64,000 bases of DNA from Thermoplasmata archaeon (GTDB lineage: Archaea > Thermoplasmatota > Thermoplasmata > GCA-020350865), in NCBI GenBank assembly GCA_020348445.1, contig CP070751.1:16832-80831 (forward strand). Direction: 5' to 3'. This document shows positions 45,109-54,517 of this stretch, piece after piece. The stretch's first letter is position 1. Each line of letters opens with the position of its first letter. The position numbers and the translations under genes are program-made. Under the pieces are notes generated by a model. The model searched no databases. It worked only from the letters and a program-made list of their open reading frames with translations, and was not told the origin of the DNA.

Positions 45109-48100
45109 TTATCTTCTGAGATCTGCAGAAAATCCGCAATCTGGGCACTGTATTGACGAGGAAATATCTGCATTGAATAATCTCTTGCATCTCGGGCATC
45201 TAACTGTATCGTACACCAAATGATGCGGAATTTCTTCTTCGACTGAGAAAGAGACAGGTTCTATGCCAGAGATAAAAGTAACTTCTGGCTCCTCGCTTAA
45301 GGCTGTTGTATCTGGAATGAACGATATTTCGTCTTCTGTTCCATCAGAGATTTCGGGCTCCTCATCAGGTATAAATCCTATTTCCTGTGCATCCGAAGTC
45401 GGGGTAAAACCTATGGAAAAAGGCCCTTCTACACCGTCGATTTCCTCCATTAAATCCAATGTCTCAGAGGTAGGTCTTGGACGGCGGCGCATGCGTGATA
45501 TCGCAGGTACAACAGCGATAATTATGATGGCAACCAACGCAATGATAAGATAAGGCAGCCATGATGAAGTCTCCCTCTCTCCCGCTTTTTCCTGATGCTC
45601 TACAAAGAATGTTATATCCTCTTCCATTGACACTTCGCCTACCATGGCCCTTACATAGAGGGTGTGCTCGCCCTCCGAATACACGGATGTATCGAGCTCG
45701 ATTGCGAAGGTTCTGTCTTTTCCCAGGCTTTTCCAGGTTTCGTTATCTATTCTGTATTCAATTGATTGGATATCGCCTGTCCCGCCAGTTACCTCACCCA
45801 TGATGGTTACGACTCCTGTTAGAATGTCTCCTTTGCCAAGGTTATTGAACCTAATATCGATGGGTATTACCACTTCTGGAGTCTCAAAGGAATAATTATA
45901 ACTCTCAAATACGTTTCCAGCTTCATCTGTGGATTTGACCCTGAAATAATATGTTGTTGAAGGAGTCAAGCCCGTTATTGTGATCATATGTTCTTTTACC
46001 TTTGAATCATCTTTTTCAGAGTACCCCATATTCAATTCTGTTCCGTAGATGACCTCGCTGGTACTGGATTCGTCTGTAATCCAGGTTATTGTTGCAGTGT
46101 ACTCGCCTATGATTGTGATCGGGCTACCGATCATTATTGGAGGTGTTATATCTGGTGCAATTAATGTTTTGAAGGTGTCATCAACTGAGACGATTTCATT
46201 GGCATTGGGGCTGCTGTCCCTGGATTTGACCCTGAAATGGTAGGTTGTATCTGATTTGAGGTTTGTCAAGGTGATGTTGTGTATCAAGACGTAATTATCA
46301 TCCCTTTTCTCTGATTCATAATCATCCTTATCAAATCCATATTCAACCAAGCTGTCGCTCTTTTCATCGGTTGTCCACACTATTGAAGCTGTGGAGTGGG
46401 TGATCATGGTTACTTGGGGTCCGCTTTCGATATATGGAGGTGTGGTATCAGGGGGACCTTCGGTGTAGAAATAGATGGTTTCGTCCCCGATACTTGCGTT
46501 GTTATCGCTTGGATCTTTGGATTCCACTCGATAATAGTACCTGGTGGATGGTTTCAGACCTGTCAATTTTATTGAAAATTCCTTCCAATAATAGTCGAGA
46601 TCCGAATATACCTTTCCATAAGAGTCCGTCTCACCGATTTTGATGATCCAGTTGCATGGTTCGTTCGTTTTCCATTCTATAATCGCTGTTGTATCAGTTA
46701 TATCCCTTACCGTAAGCTCTGTTATGACGGGATCTAAGATATCAGGAGTATCGTCTGTCGTAAAATTGAAATCTTCACTTAAATTGTAATTCAGGCTTGC
46801 ATCAGAGGAATTGATACGAAAATGGTATGTGGTATCTGACTCCAAACCGAACAACGTGATGGAATGCACCCACACCATTTTAATATCGATCACCATGGAT
46901 CCATATTCGGCGGTGAGACCGTACTCCACCTTACTATCAGCGAGTTCATCAGTATTCCAGAAAATCGTTGCAGTACTATCACTTTTACCAATGATCTCAA
47001 CGTTGTAAATTCCAGGCGGTGTTGTATCAGGTAATATCTCGGTTGTAAAATTCCCAATGGGACTTTCCCCGGGACCGATATTGTTCTCATCATAACCTTT
47101 TATCTTGAAATAGTAATCTGTCCCTTCATCTAAACCAGTCAGCGTCATGGAATGGTTATACGTATAATTGTCAAGATCGCTTTTCGATTCAGTAAGTTGG
47201 CTCTGGCTAGTCCCATAATCGATTATGCTGTTGGCCTTTTTGTGAGTGAGCCAGTTGATGGTGGCTGTTATGCCGCTCACCTGAACAGAGATGTCAGTGA
47301 TAATTGGCGGTCTATCATCGTACTCCTGTGTCATTAAGGTTGCCATGTACGCATCGACAATCCCCCAACCAAAATCTTCGTTGTATTTATCGCTTTGTTC
47401 GGGATCGTATGGATCACCTCTTGCCTCGGCTGTTTCATGAAGAATCCATATCACTTCATCAGGTGTCAGGTTGGGTGCAACCTCGAGCATCATGGCCACC
47501 ACACCAGCCACATGCGGTGCAGCAAAGGACGTGCCGCTTGCCTCGATTCCAGTTGGAAGCCCGTACCGTTTATAGCTGTTGCGCGTGGGTGCTGTTATGA
47601 ACTGTCCAGGTGCTGAGATGTCGGGTTTTAGGGCACCGTCCACCCTGGGACCCCTGCTGGAAGAAACGGCTAGTGTATCGTCATCCCGTGATATTGTTTC
47701 CTGATCAAAAACCGAAGCAACTACTATTACCTTATCGGGCCAGGCTGTTACACTTGGCGGAGGATTATTTGGCCCGTCGTTACCAGCAGATGTCACAACA
47801 ATGATTCCAGATTCAGCTGCTGCAGCAGCCGCTTCTCCGGGTGTTCCGTCTATGTCTGAGCTTATGGAAATCACATCGATCCCATCATATTCATCTGGTT
47901 GATCCGGCCAATCAGTGTCCTTGTAATCGATAACCCATTGAATTGATCGCGTCATCTGATCTGATGTGGCTCCAAGATTAATTGAATATTGAACATCTAT
48001 GATCTTCGCATCTGTTGCCACGCCCATAAAGTCAGGCTCTCCATCCAGGTCCAAATCTGTTGTACCTCCTGTCCCCAAGGCGATGCCGGCACAGTACGTA

Positions 48101-48744
48101 CCATGCCCTACCACATCATTTGGATTGTAGGTCCCGTCCTTTGATGTGGCATCTTCTTCGAATGAGACACCGGCCACAAATTTACCCATTAATGACTCGT
48201 GATACTCATCCACACCTGTGTCGATGATGGCGATATTGATTCCCTTTCCAGAGTAACCCAATGTCCATGCCGTGTTGGGGGAATATTCTGTGGAGTTTCG
48301 GGCCTTGATTGCCGGGTTACTAACATCCAGATGAGGTTCGATTGGTAATTGAAGTTCTATCATTCCCACCCCGGGTAATTGGCGAAGTCTCATGATGTCT
48401 TTCAAATGGACATCTCTTGCCGAAATGGTGTTGATGAACTCAAAGACGTACTTCAGTTCTAAATCGAATTCTGTGACTATTTCTGAATCTGATTGTTTTA
48501 GTTCTCGCTCGTATTTTAAGTAAATCGGCACCCGCTCATTTAAATTGGATGCGATTTTTTCATCTATTAAATCGTCGATACCGTTGCGATTTTTATCCCT
48601 TTCCCAATGCTCCCACCAGAAATCATTGGATGATTCGTCCCCAAAATCGGAGTCGATGGCATCACTTGAAATTGCCACTGAAAAGCTCGATGACAGGAGC
48701 ATTATTGAAAATAACCAAAACACTGCAAGAACAGTTTTTTGCAT
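45109..48744 (-). CDS. extracellular subtilisin-like (S8) serine peptidase with multiple FN3/Ig-like domains, TM anchor and cytoplasmic zinc-ribbon tail
   Basis: Catalytic triad contexts AIIDTGVD, GHGTYCAG, GTSFAAPHVAG. At least 6 repeats of about 95 aa (T.DE.S.S.VEYG...Y.H.ITLTGL...TTYYFRV.S.D). TM helix LIIALVAIIIIAVV. Alternative start 48765. Confidence 0.85.
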   Translation of the reverse strand: MQKTVLAVFWLFSIMLLSSSFSVAISSDAIDSDFGDESSNDFWWEHWERDKNRNGIDDLIDEKIASNLNERVPIYLKYERELKQSDSEIVTEFDLELKYVFEFINTISARDVHLKDIMRLRQLPGVGMIELQLPIEPHLDVSNPAIKARNSTEYSPNTAWTLGYSGKGINIAIIDTGVDEYHESLMGKFVAGVSFEEDATSKDGTYNPNDVVGHGTYCAGIALGTGGTTDLDLDGEPDFMGVATDAKIIDVQYSINLGATSDQMTRSIQWVIDYKDTDWPDQPDEYDGIDVISISSDIDGTPGEAAAAAAESGIIVVTSAGNDGPNNPPPSVTAWPDKVIVVASVFDQETISRDDDTLAVSSSRGPRVDGALKPDISAPGQFITAPTRNSYKRYGLPTGIEASGTSFAAPHVAGVVAMMLEVAPNLTPDEVIWILHETAEARGDPYDPEQSDKYNEDFGWGIVDAYMATLMTQEYDDRPPIITDISVQVSGITATINWLTHKKANSIIDYGTSQSQLTESKSDLDNYTYNHSMTLTGLDEGTDYYFKIKGYDENNIGPGESPIGNFTTEILPDTTPPGIYNVEIIGKSDSTATIFWNTDELADSKVEYGLTAEYGSMVIDIKMVWVHSITLFGLESDTTYHFRINSSDASLNYNLSEDFNFTTDDTPDILDPVITELTVRDITDTTAIIEWKTNEPCNWIIKIGETDSYGKVYSDLDYYWKEFSIKLTGLKPSTRYYYRVESKDPSDNNASIGDETIYFYTEGPPDTTPPYIESGPQVTMITHSTASIVWTTDEKSDSLVEYGFDKDDYESEKRDDNYVLIHNITLTNLKSDTTYHFRVKSRDSSPNANEIVSVDDTFKTLIAPDITPPIMIGSPITIIGEYTATITWITDESSTSEVIYGTELNMGYSEKDDSKVKEHMITITGLTPSTTYYFRVKSTDEAGNVFESYNYSFETPEVVIPIDIRFNNLGKGDILTGVVTIMGEVTGGTGDIQSIEYRIDNETWKSLGKDRTFAIELDTSVYSEGEHTLYVRAMVGEVSMEEDITFFVEHQEKAGERETSSWLPYLIIALVAIIIIAVVPAISRMRRRPRPTSETLDLMEEIDGVEGPFSIGFTPTSDAQEIGFIPDEEPEISDGTEDEISFIPDTTALSEEPEVTFISGIEPVSFSVEEEIPHHLVYDTVRCPRCKRLFNADISSSIQCPDCGFSADLRR

Positions 48745-48894
48745 TTTGTACACCTTTTTACCCATCTTTTTGCGTTTTTTTCGGATAAGGGATATTGTCT
48801 CCTCAGTAAACCACTATTGATTATTATTATATAAATATTATATGGTAATTACCCATCTTAACCACATAACCAAGGCCTATTTGGGCTTTTTGGT

Positions 48895-49812
48895 CTAATA
48901 TGGATATACCTTTCCTAGAACCTCCATGGAGGTCAATGCCGCAACCGCGCCCTCTGCACACGCCGTGACCACCTGTCTCAGCCCACCTGTGACATCACCT
49001 GCCGCATAAACCCTCTTGATGTTGGTTCTCATGTTTCTATCGGTTTTAATGTATCCCTTTACGTCCAATTCCACTCCTATTTGCGCAGCCAGCTGACTTT
49101 GGGGCTCTTCGCCTATTGAAACGAAGACAGCAGCCACCTTCATCTCGGACTTGCTCGCGTCTTTTACATTGTGTAATACAACCTTTTCTACCTTATCTTC
49201 ACCTTTTATTTCTTCCATGTGGGTTTCATAGAGTATTTTCACGCCCACCTCCTGGGCTTTGTCCTTGTAGGCATCCTCGGCTCGAAGCATGTCCCTTCGG
49301 TGAACCACGGTGGCATCAAGACCCATCTGTTTCAGTGCAATGGCCTCTATCAGGGCGCTGTTGCCTCCGCCCACAACCAGTGCCGATTTACCCTTGAAAA
49401 AGGGACCATCGCAGGTTGCGCAGTAGGAAACACCCCTTCCAGTGAGCTTCTCTTCGCCCTCTATGCCCAGTTTCCTGTGTTTAGTGCCTGTAGCGATTAT
49501 GACAGCACCGACATCGTAGGTGGCTTTGGAGGTGGTTATCTTGACCTCGCCTTCTGAGACCTCCAATTTGGTAACATCTTCTACCAAGTTGATCTTCATG
49601 TATTTTTCCAGATGCTCCCTCATCTTGTCTGAAAGCTCCATTCCCGAGATGCTTTTAAAACCTGGATAGTTCTCTATTTCAGGGGATAAGGCCATGAGAC
49701 CCCCGCCTGCACCCGAGTCGAACAATACGGCCTTGATGCCCGCTCTTGTTGCATATATTCCTGCCGTGAATCCAGCGGGGCCGCCGCCTATGATGGCAAG
49801 TTCATAATCCAT
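48895..49812 (-). CDS. trxB: thioredoxin reductase
   Basis: IIGGGPAGFTAGIYA, active site CATCDG. Confidence 0.9.
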   Translation of the reverse strand: MDYELAIIGGGPAGFTAGIYATRAGIKAVLFDSGAGGGLMALSPEIENYPGFKSISGMELSDKMREHLEKYMKINLVEDVTKLEVSEGEVKITTSKATYDVGAVIIATGTKHRKLGIEGEEKLTGRGVSYCATCDGPFFKGKSALVVGGGNSALIEAIALKQMGLDATVVHRRDMLRAEDAYKDKAQEVGVKILYETHMEEIKGEDKVEKVVLHNVKDASKSEMKVAAVFVSIGEEPQSQLAAQIGVELDVKGYIKTDRNMRTNIKRVYAAGDVTGGLRQVVTACAEGAVAALTSMEVLGKVYPY

Positions 49813-50003
49813 GATACCGCCGTAATTATGTCTAGATTGAAAATAATGTTAAAACTGTATATTATGTTTTTGGTTGACATGTTGACCTATCCAATTTAAT
49901 TTTGCTTTTTCCTCTGCTATATCGTTTTCCCTTTATGTTTATTTACCCAAATCAACCCAATCTCTTATATATAAAACCGTTCATTTCCGTTTTCTGTGAG
50001 AAA

Positions 50004-51902
50004 TTGAAGAACAACATCTACAGTGTAATTGGCATGGGCCTTCTGTTTGTGATCGTTCAGATCATTGCAATTGCCATTGCACCCATATACAGCCATACCC
50101 AATCCGAGGCCATGGGCGGCAGGGAGACCATCGAAAATCCCAGCTTCGCCTTCTTCTATCTTGGTATCATACTTCTGTTCACGTTCGTTATATTGTGGAT
50201 AGCAAAGCGCAAGAAGGAGAAGTTCATCAAAGTCCTTATTCTGGCGGCTATCTTCATGACAATGGTTTACCTTTTCATACCACTTAATATCGCTATTATG
50301 TATCCGTCCTCTGGGGATGGATGGAAATTCACGGAAGTGGACGCTGATGTAGTTGCCCTTGAGGCCGAGGATATTGATGGCGATGGTGTAATCGAGATAA
50401 TTGCAGGCTGCGCTGACAATAGGATCAGGGTCTATGAGAGTGAGAACCACACTCTTGAGTGGGAGAGCGGAGATTTAGGTTCCAACATAACACAAATATT
50501 GGCCGATAATTTGGATAATGATGAATTTTTTGAAATTGCAGTTGTTTGCGATACCATTAATGTATTTTCTGGGGAGAACTTATCAAACAATTGGACTCTT
50601 GGCCCCGCAAATCTCAGCATCGTCGCAGCTTATGATTTGAATGCAAATGGAACATCTGAACTCATAGTGGGAACAGAGAATGCGAGCATAATGATATTCG
50701 AGTCTGGGTTGCTTGTAAGGGAGATCAACGTCTCGTCAAATCTGCACAATATTTCGCATCTTGACACAACTGATGACGGGCAGATAGTTGCCGCCGATAA
50801 TACGACAATTATATTACTTGATCCCGCAACTGAAGAAATCTTGCTTAAAATAACTGAAAGGGAGGAGATAAATGCACTTTTGGTGGTTCATGATCCCTCA
50901 GGCGAGGATAACTTAATTGTTGCCGATGCCAACAGGGTTTACTTTTATAACCTGGCCAGTTCGGAATTTGTCAGGCGTGGTCCCAAGTTCCGCGATGTCG
51001 AGGCTATGTACCTTGAGTATTACTCCATTCCAGATTATAAGGATGATATCCCGGATGTCATCGCATTCGGTGATGATACCGTTTACTTCTCTCCTGATTT
51101 GCTGAAAGAACGTGATTCTTATTATTACCTGAGGTTCAGATACGATGTTCACTCGATACTTAGCAAGGACCTGGACGCAGACGGTGACAATGAGATGATT
51201 ATGGGTGTGGATGAAGGTTACAGGCACACGTCCATCGTATTTGGCGAGGGGGCGAACATGGCGCTGCCCATAATCATCGCCATCGTCATCGCCTTTTTGC
51301 TCACACTAATAGTTCACAAGTATCCTGAATGGTATGTAGTGGACGCTGTTGGTCTTGTCATGGCTATAGGAGCAACTGTTATACTGGGGGTCACATTTGC
51401 GATTCTTCCTGCCATTGTTCTTCTTCTGGTCCTTGCCATATATGACGCCATATCAGTTTACAAGACAAAGCACATGATAAGCCTGGCTGATAGTGTAATA
51501 GATTTAAATCTTCCTGTTTTGTTGGTTATTCCAAAGAAGCTGGGTTACTCATTTAGAAAGGAAAAGCCACGTCTAAAGGAGCAGCTTGAATCAGGGGAAG
51601 AGAGGGAGGCAATGTTCATGGGACTTGGAGACATAGTCATACCGAGCCTTTTGATCGTGTCCGCCCTTTCCTTTTTGCCCGATACAAGCAGCGGGATTGG
51701 GGTACCAGGCAATCTTCTGGTTTGTATAGGAACCATGATAGGAATCTTGATTGGATTCTCGGTTTTGATGAGATATGTCATGAAAGGCAATCCCCAGGCA
51801 GGCCTTCCCCTCCTGAACTCGGGAGCAATTACAGGCTATATAATCACCTACATCATCGTTTTTGGTAATTTCGGATTCGGCTTCAACCTGAACTTCATAT
51901 GA
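50004..51902 (+). CDS. presenilin/signal-peptide-peptidase homolog (A22 family, PSH-like) with large FG-GAP-like propeller insertion
   Basis: Catalytic motifs LAIYDAISVY (YD) and GLGDIVIP (GxGD). The N-terminus GMGLLFVIVQIIAIAIAP resembles archaeal PSH. TTG 50004 is the preferred start (the track begins at TTG 49902; ATG 50034 is also possible). Confidence 0.75.
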   Translation: MKNNIYSVIGMGLLFVIVQIIAIAIAPIYSHTQSEAMGGRETIENPSFAFFYLGIILLFTFVILWIAKRKKEKFIKVLILAAIFMTMVYLFIPLNIAIMYPSSGDGWKFTEVDADVVALEAEDIDGDGVIEIIAGCADNRIRVYESENHTLEWESGDLGSNITQILADNLDNDEFFEIAVVCDTINVFSGENLSNNWTLGPANLSIVAAYDLNANGTSELIVGTENASIMIFESGLLVREINVSSNLHNISHLDTTDDGQIVAADNTTIILLDPATEEILLKITEREEINALLVVHDPSGEDNLIVADANRVYFYNLASSEFVRRGPKFRDVEAMYLEYYSIPDYKDDIPDVIAFGDDTVYFSPDLLKERDSYYYLRFRYDVHSILSKDLDADGDNEMIMGVDEGYRHTSIVFGEGANMALPIIIAIVIAFLLTLIVHKYPEWYVVDAVGLVMAIGATVILGVTFAILPAIVLLLVLAIYDAISVYKTKHMISLADSVIDLNLPVLLVIPKKLGYSFRKEKPRLKEQLESGEEREAMFMGLGDIVIPSLLIVSALSFLPDTSSGIGVPGNLLVCIGTMIGILIGFSVLMRYVMKGNPQAGLPLLNSGAITGYIITYIIVFGNFGFGFNLNFI

Positions 51903-51911
51903 GGTGGGAAA

Positions 51912-52547
51912 ATGAGGATATTGGCTATTGCAGATGTCCATGGCTCAAAAGAGGCAAGAAAGAAAGTTGATGCCCAGATAAGGGATTATATTCCAAACAT
52001 CGTGATCGTGGATGGCGATATTACACAGTTCGGCCCCCCTGCATGGGCAGAGGAATTTCTAAACAGTATTATGCTGAAGACATTGGCTTTACCAGGTAAC
52101 TGCGATCCAAGGGGAGTTCTGGAGGCAATTGAGAACAGCCAGGCAATTCCCCTGCATGCCAAAAAAGTGGATGTCGGAGATTATGCTGTGGTTGGCCTGG
52201 GCGGCTCAAATGCCACACCTTTTGGCACACCCTTTGAGCTTTCAGAGGATGAGATATACAGTGCCTTGGATGATCTCATGGTTGAGGGAGCTCTGCTGGT
52301 TGTCCATGCCCCACCGAAGGGGCATGTAGATAAAACCTCAAGCCAGACACACTCGGGAAGCCAGGCAATCGCAGACATCATTTCCAAATACTCACCACCT
52401 CTTGTTATCTCTGCACATATACACGAGGCAAGAGGTGTGGAAAGAGAAGGGGCAACCACTTATGTGAACCCCGGACCTGCTTCAAGGGGCTACGCAGCTG
52501 TTATAGATTTAAATGGTGAGGTAAAGGTCGAGCTGATCCAAAGCTAA
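51912..52547 (+). CDS. calcineurin-like metallophosphoesterase
   Basis: MRILAIADVHGS...VDGDIT...GNCD...HAPP...SAHIHE motifs. Confidence 0.8.
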   Translation: MRILAIADVHGSKEARKKVDAQIRDYIPNIVIVDGDITQFGPPAWAEEFLNSIMLKTLALPGNCDPRGVLEAIENSQAIPLHAKKVDVGDYAVVGLGGSNATPFGTPFELSEDEIYSALDDLMVEGALLVVHAPPKGHVDKTSSQTHSGSQAIADIISKYSPPLVISAHIHEARGVEREGATTYVNPGPASRGYAAVIDLNGEVKVELIQS

Positions 52548-52735
52548 GGCTCCCCTATGTCCATATCTGGTAATTCAATGAGAATTTTGAGGGAGGATTG
52601 ACTTGATACAAAGCTAAGGCTCCCCTATGTCCATATCTGGTAATTCAATGAGAATTATGAGGGGGGGTTGACTTGATACAAAGCTAAGGCTCCCCTATGA
52701 CCCTATCTGGTAATTTAATTAGAATTTCGAGGGTA
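52539..52735. repeat. tandem repeat, 2 full plus 1 partial copy of a 70-bp unit
   Basis: Units start at 52539, 52609 and 52679. Copies 1 and 2 differ at 3/70 positions. Copy 3 matches for about 55 nt with 5 mismatches. The unit begins with the last codons and stop (CAAAGCTAA) of the phosphoesterase gene. Confidence 0.9.
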
Positions 52736-52829
52736 TAATCATCTATATTCTCTGCCTAGAATTTTTAGGTATTATTAAATACAAGATATTTACTTAATGT
52801 TAATAATATTATCATGAGGAAGGACCCTT

Positions 52830-53216
52830 ATGAAAAGGCCAACATCAATTTATAAAAAGGGGCAACTCTTTGTTTCGGCAGTTTTCGCACTGGATATTCT
52901 GTTGTGTTTCACTTTATTGATTTTGGTTACCCTTTTACTAGTTTCCGAAAATCTTCAACCCAGGATAATAAAGGATGAAATTGTTGAGCAGTTTTCTTTA
53001 CCTGCGTCTATTATCGGATTCTGTTTGGCTGCGATTCTGATGTTGAATATGAGATATTTTGTTTCCTCTTTTAGAGGGACTTTATTATTTCTCAGAATCA
53101 GTTTTCTTGCGGGTATGGCCCACTTGATCTGTGCACTTGCCCTTATCTTCTACTGTGCCACCCATTTGGGTCAGCTTACCGTATATCTGGGTCATATATA
53201 CAGGGATTATGGTTAA
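52830..53216 (+). CDS. hypothetical membrane protein (about 4 TM)
   Basis: ORF track, with hydrophobic segments throughout. No family recognised. Confidence 0.5.
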   Translation: MKRPTSIYKKGQLFVSAVFALDILLCFTLLILVTLLLVSENLQPRIIKDEIVEQFSLPASIIGFCLAAILMLNMRYFVSSFRGTLLFLRISFLAGMAHLICALALIFYCATHLGQLTVYLGHIYRDYG

Positions 53217-53424
53217 ATACATCTAGCAAATGCAGTTTTTTTATTTGGTCTGTTTATCTTCTTTATCCTGTATCTTAGGCCCTCGACTTCCAAGGCTTAA
53301 CTCCAAAACATCTTCTGAAAGTCTAATCCTTTCACCCGCATCAGGCACACCCAAAAATATATAATACCTATTTAACATCATATGGCCAGAATAAATGCAG
53401 AAAATTTGAATTTCGGTGGTTACA

Positions 53425-53652
53425 ATGCGAGAAAAAATCGAGAAGATAATTGATGAGCAAATCAGGCCCGGACTGCAGATGGACGGCGGGGACATAGAGC
53501 TTGTTGATGTTGATTCGGACGGTACAGTCAAGGTGCGTCTTATGGGAGCCTGCGGCGGATGCCCAATGTCCCAGATAACGCTCACCATGGGGGTTGAGAG
53601 AAAGCTAAAAGAGGAGATCCCCGAGGTAAAGGCCGTGGTTGCAGTTCCGTGA
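53425..53652 (+). CDS. NifU-like (C-terminal domain) Fe-S cluster scaffold/carrier protein
   Basis: IRPGLQMDGGDIELVDV...VRLMGACGGCPMS. Confidence 0.85.
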   Translation: MREKIEKIIDEQIRPGLQMDGGDIELVDVDSDGTVKVRLMGACGGCPMSQITLTMGVERKLKEEIPEVKAVVAVP

Positions 53653-53670
53653 TCCTTTAATTTGGTTTTC

Positions 53671-53689
53671 TTTTTTTAAAAAAAAAAAC
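53671..53689. terminator. T7/A12 run, putative (bidirectional) archaeal oligo-T terminator
   Basis: TTTTTTT followed by AAAAAAAAAAAA, about 20 nt after the NifU-like stop. Confidence 0.3.
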
Positions 53690-53834
53690 ACTAAGGATGG
53701 GAAAATAGCGGGTTAAATTATCGGCCAATACCCCGATTTAACCCAAAATTTAAATGATATTAACACCTTTTCAGTAATAGAGCAAGGCAATTCACACAAG
53801 CAATTGCAATCGAGCGAAGTCGAGGATGAGTAAC

Positions 53835-53960
53835 ATGACAACCATATTTCCATCGTGTCCACAGTGCAGTGAGGGAGTGCTTCTGCCCTTTTCAAGGGGC
53901 CAAGACCTGTTCGAACTCTGGAAATGCAGCAAATGTGGGCATACAATCTATAAGAAGTAA
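53835..53960 (+). CDS. 41-aa zinc-ribbon protein (not in ORF track)
   Basis: Own translation: MTTIFPSCPQCSEGVLLPFSRGQDLFELWKCSKCGHTIYKK. GAGG 9 nt upstream. More plausible than the antisense 106-aa ORF. Confidence 0.45.
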   Translation: MTTIFPSCPQCSEGVLLPFSRGQDLFELWKCSKCGHTIYKK

Positions 53961-54224
53961 CGATGTTCCTGCAATACCTGTTCGCAATTCTATGCCCTTG
54001 TAGTGATTGGGTTGGTGGTGGCAGTAACTTCAACTTACTTTATAGCTCCAAAGCTGGTAATAAATAGCCCGTGATTCTGAATGCCAATTTATTAGATTTT
54101 GATCTTGATTAGCTATTTTTATTTCTGGGTGGGAGTCCTGAGGCTTAAGATATAATTATTTCATAGCATAACCGAAGGACAAAGTGGTCTATAAATAAAT
54201 CGTTTAATAGATGGAATAGACCAC

Positions 54225-54442
54225 GACGGTGGGGGCTAGGAGGAGGGGTGAGATGGAGAAGGTAAGTAAAAGAGGATTAGATGGATAGAGGGAAGAAGAG
54301 GAGAGGTAACGCGGAGGAGATAAGGTTAAGGAGGGCAATCTAAAGGACCTTAATCACACTGTTTTTTTATTGTGGGTGGGAGGCGGGGGAAAGGTGGTGG
54401 GGCAAAGAGGAAGAGATAAGGTGGAGGATTTAAGGTGGAGAG
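54225..54442 (+). other. C-depleted polypurine tract in two blocks (54225-54347, 54373-54442)
   Basis: Hand count: 6 C in 123 nt and 2 C in 70 nt on the plus strand. Six GGAGG motifs. No credible ORF on either strand. Preceded by a 9-bp-stem hairpin (54184-54192 / 54216-54224). Confidence 0.8.
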
Positions 54443-54517
54443 CCTAATTTGACATCCAAATAAAATCTTCAAAAAAATCGATAGGCTGATAAAGAAAGGA
54501 AACAATATACGATTCAC

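Noticed and set aside
52539-52735. Possible CRISPR array
   Set aside because: The units are directly abutting 70-bp tandem copies with no unique spacers. There are no cas genes in the window.
53241-53588. Minus-strand 115-aa ORF
   Set aside because: It overlaps the well-supported NifU-like gene on the opposite strand and has no recognisable motifs.
53713-54033. Minus-strand 106-aa ORF
   Set aside because: No motifs or SD. The plus strand encodes a more plausible 41-aa CxxC..CxxC zinc-ribbon ORF with an upstream GAGG.
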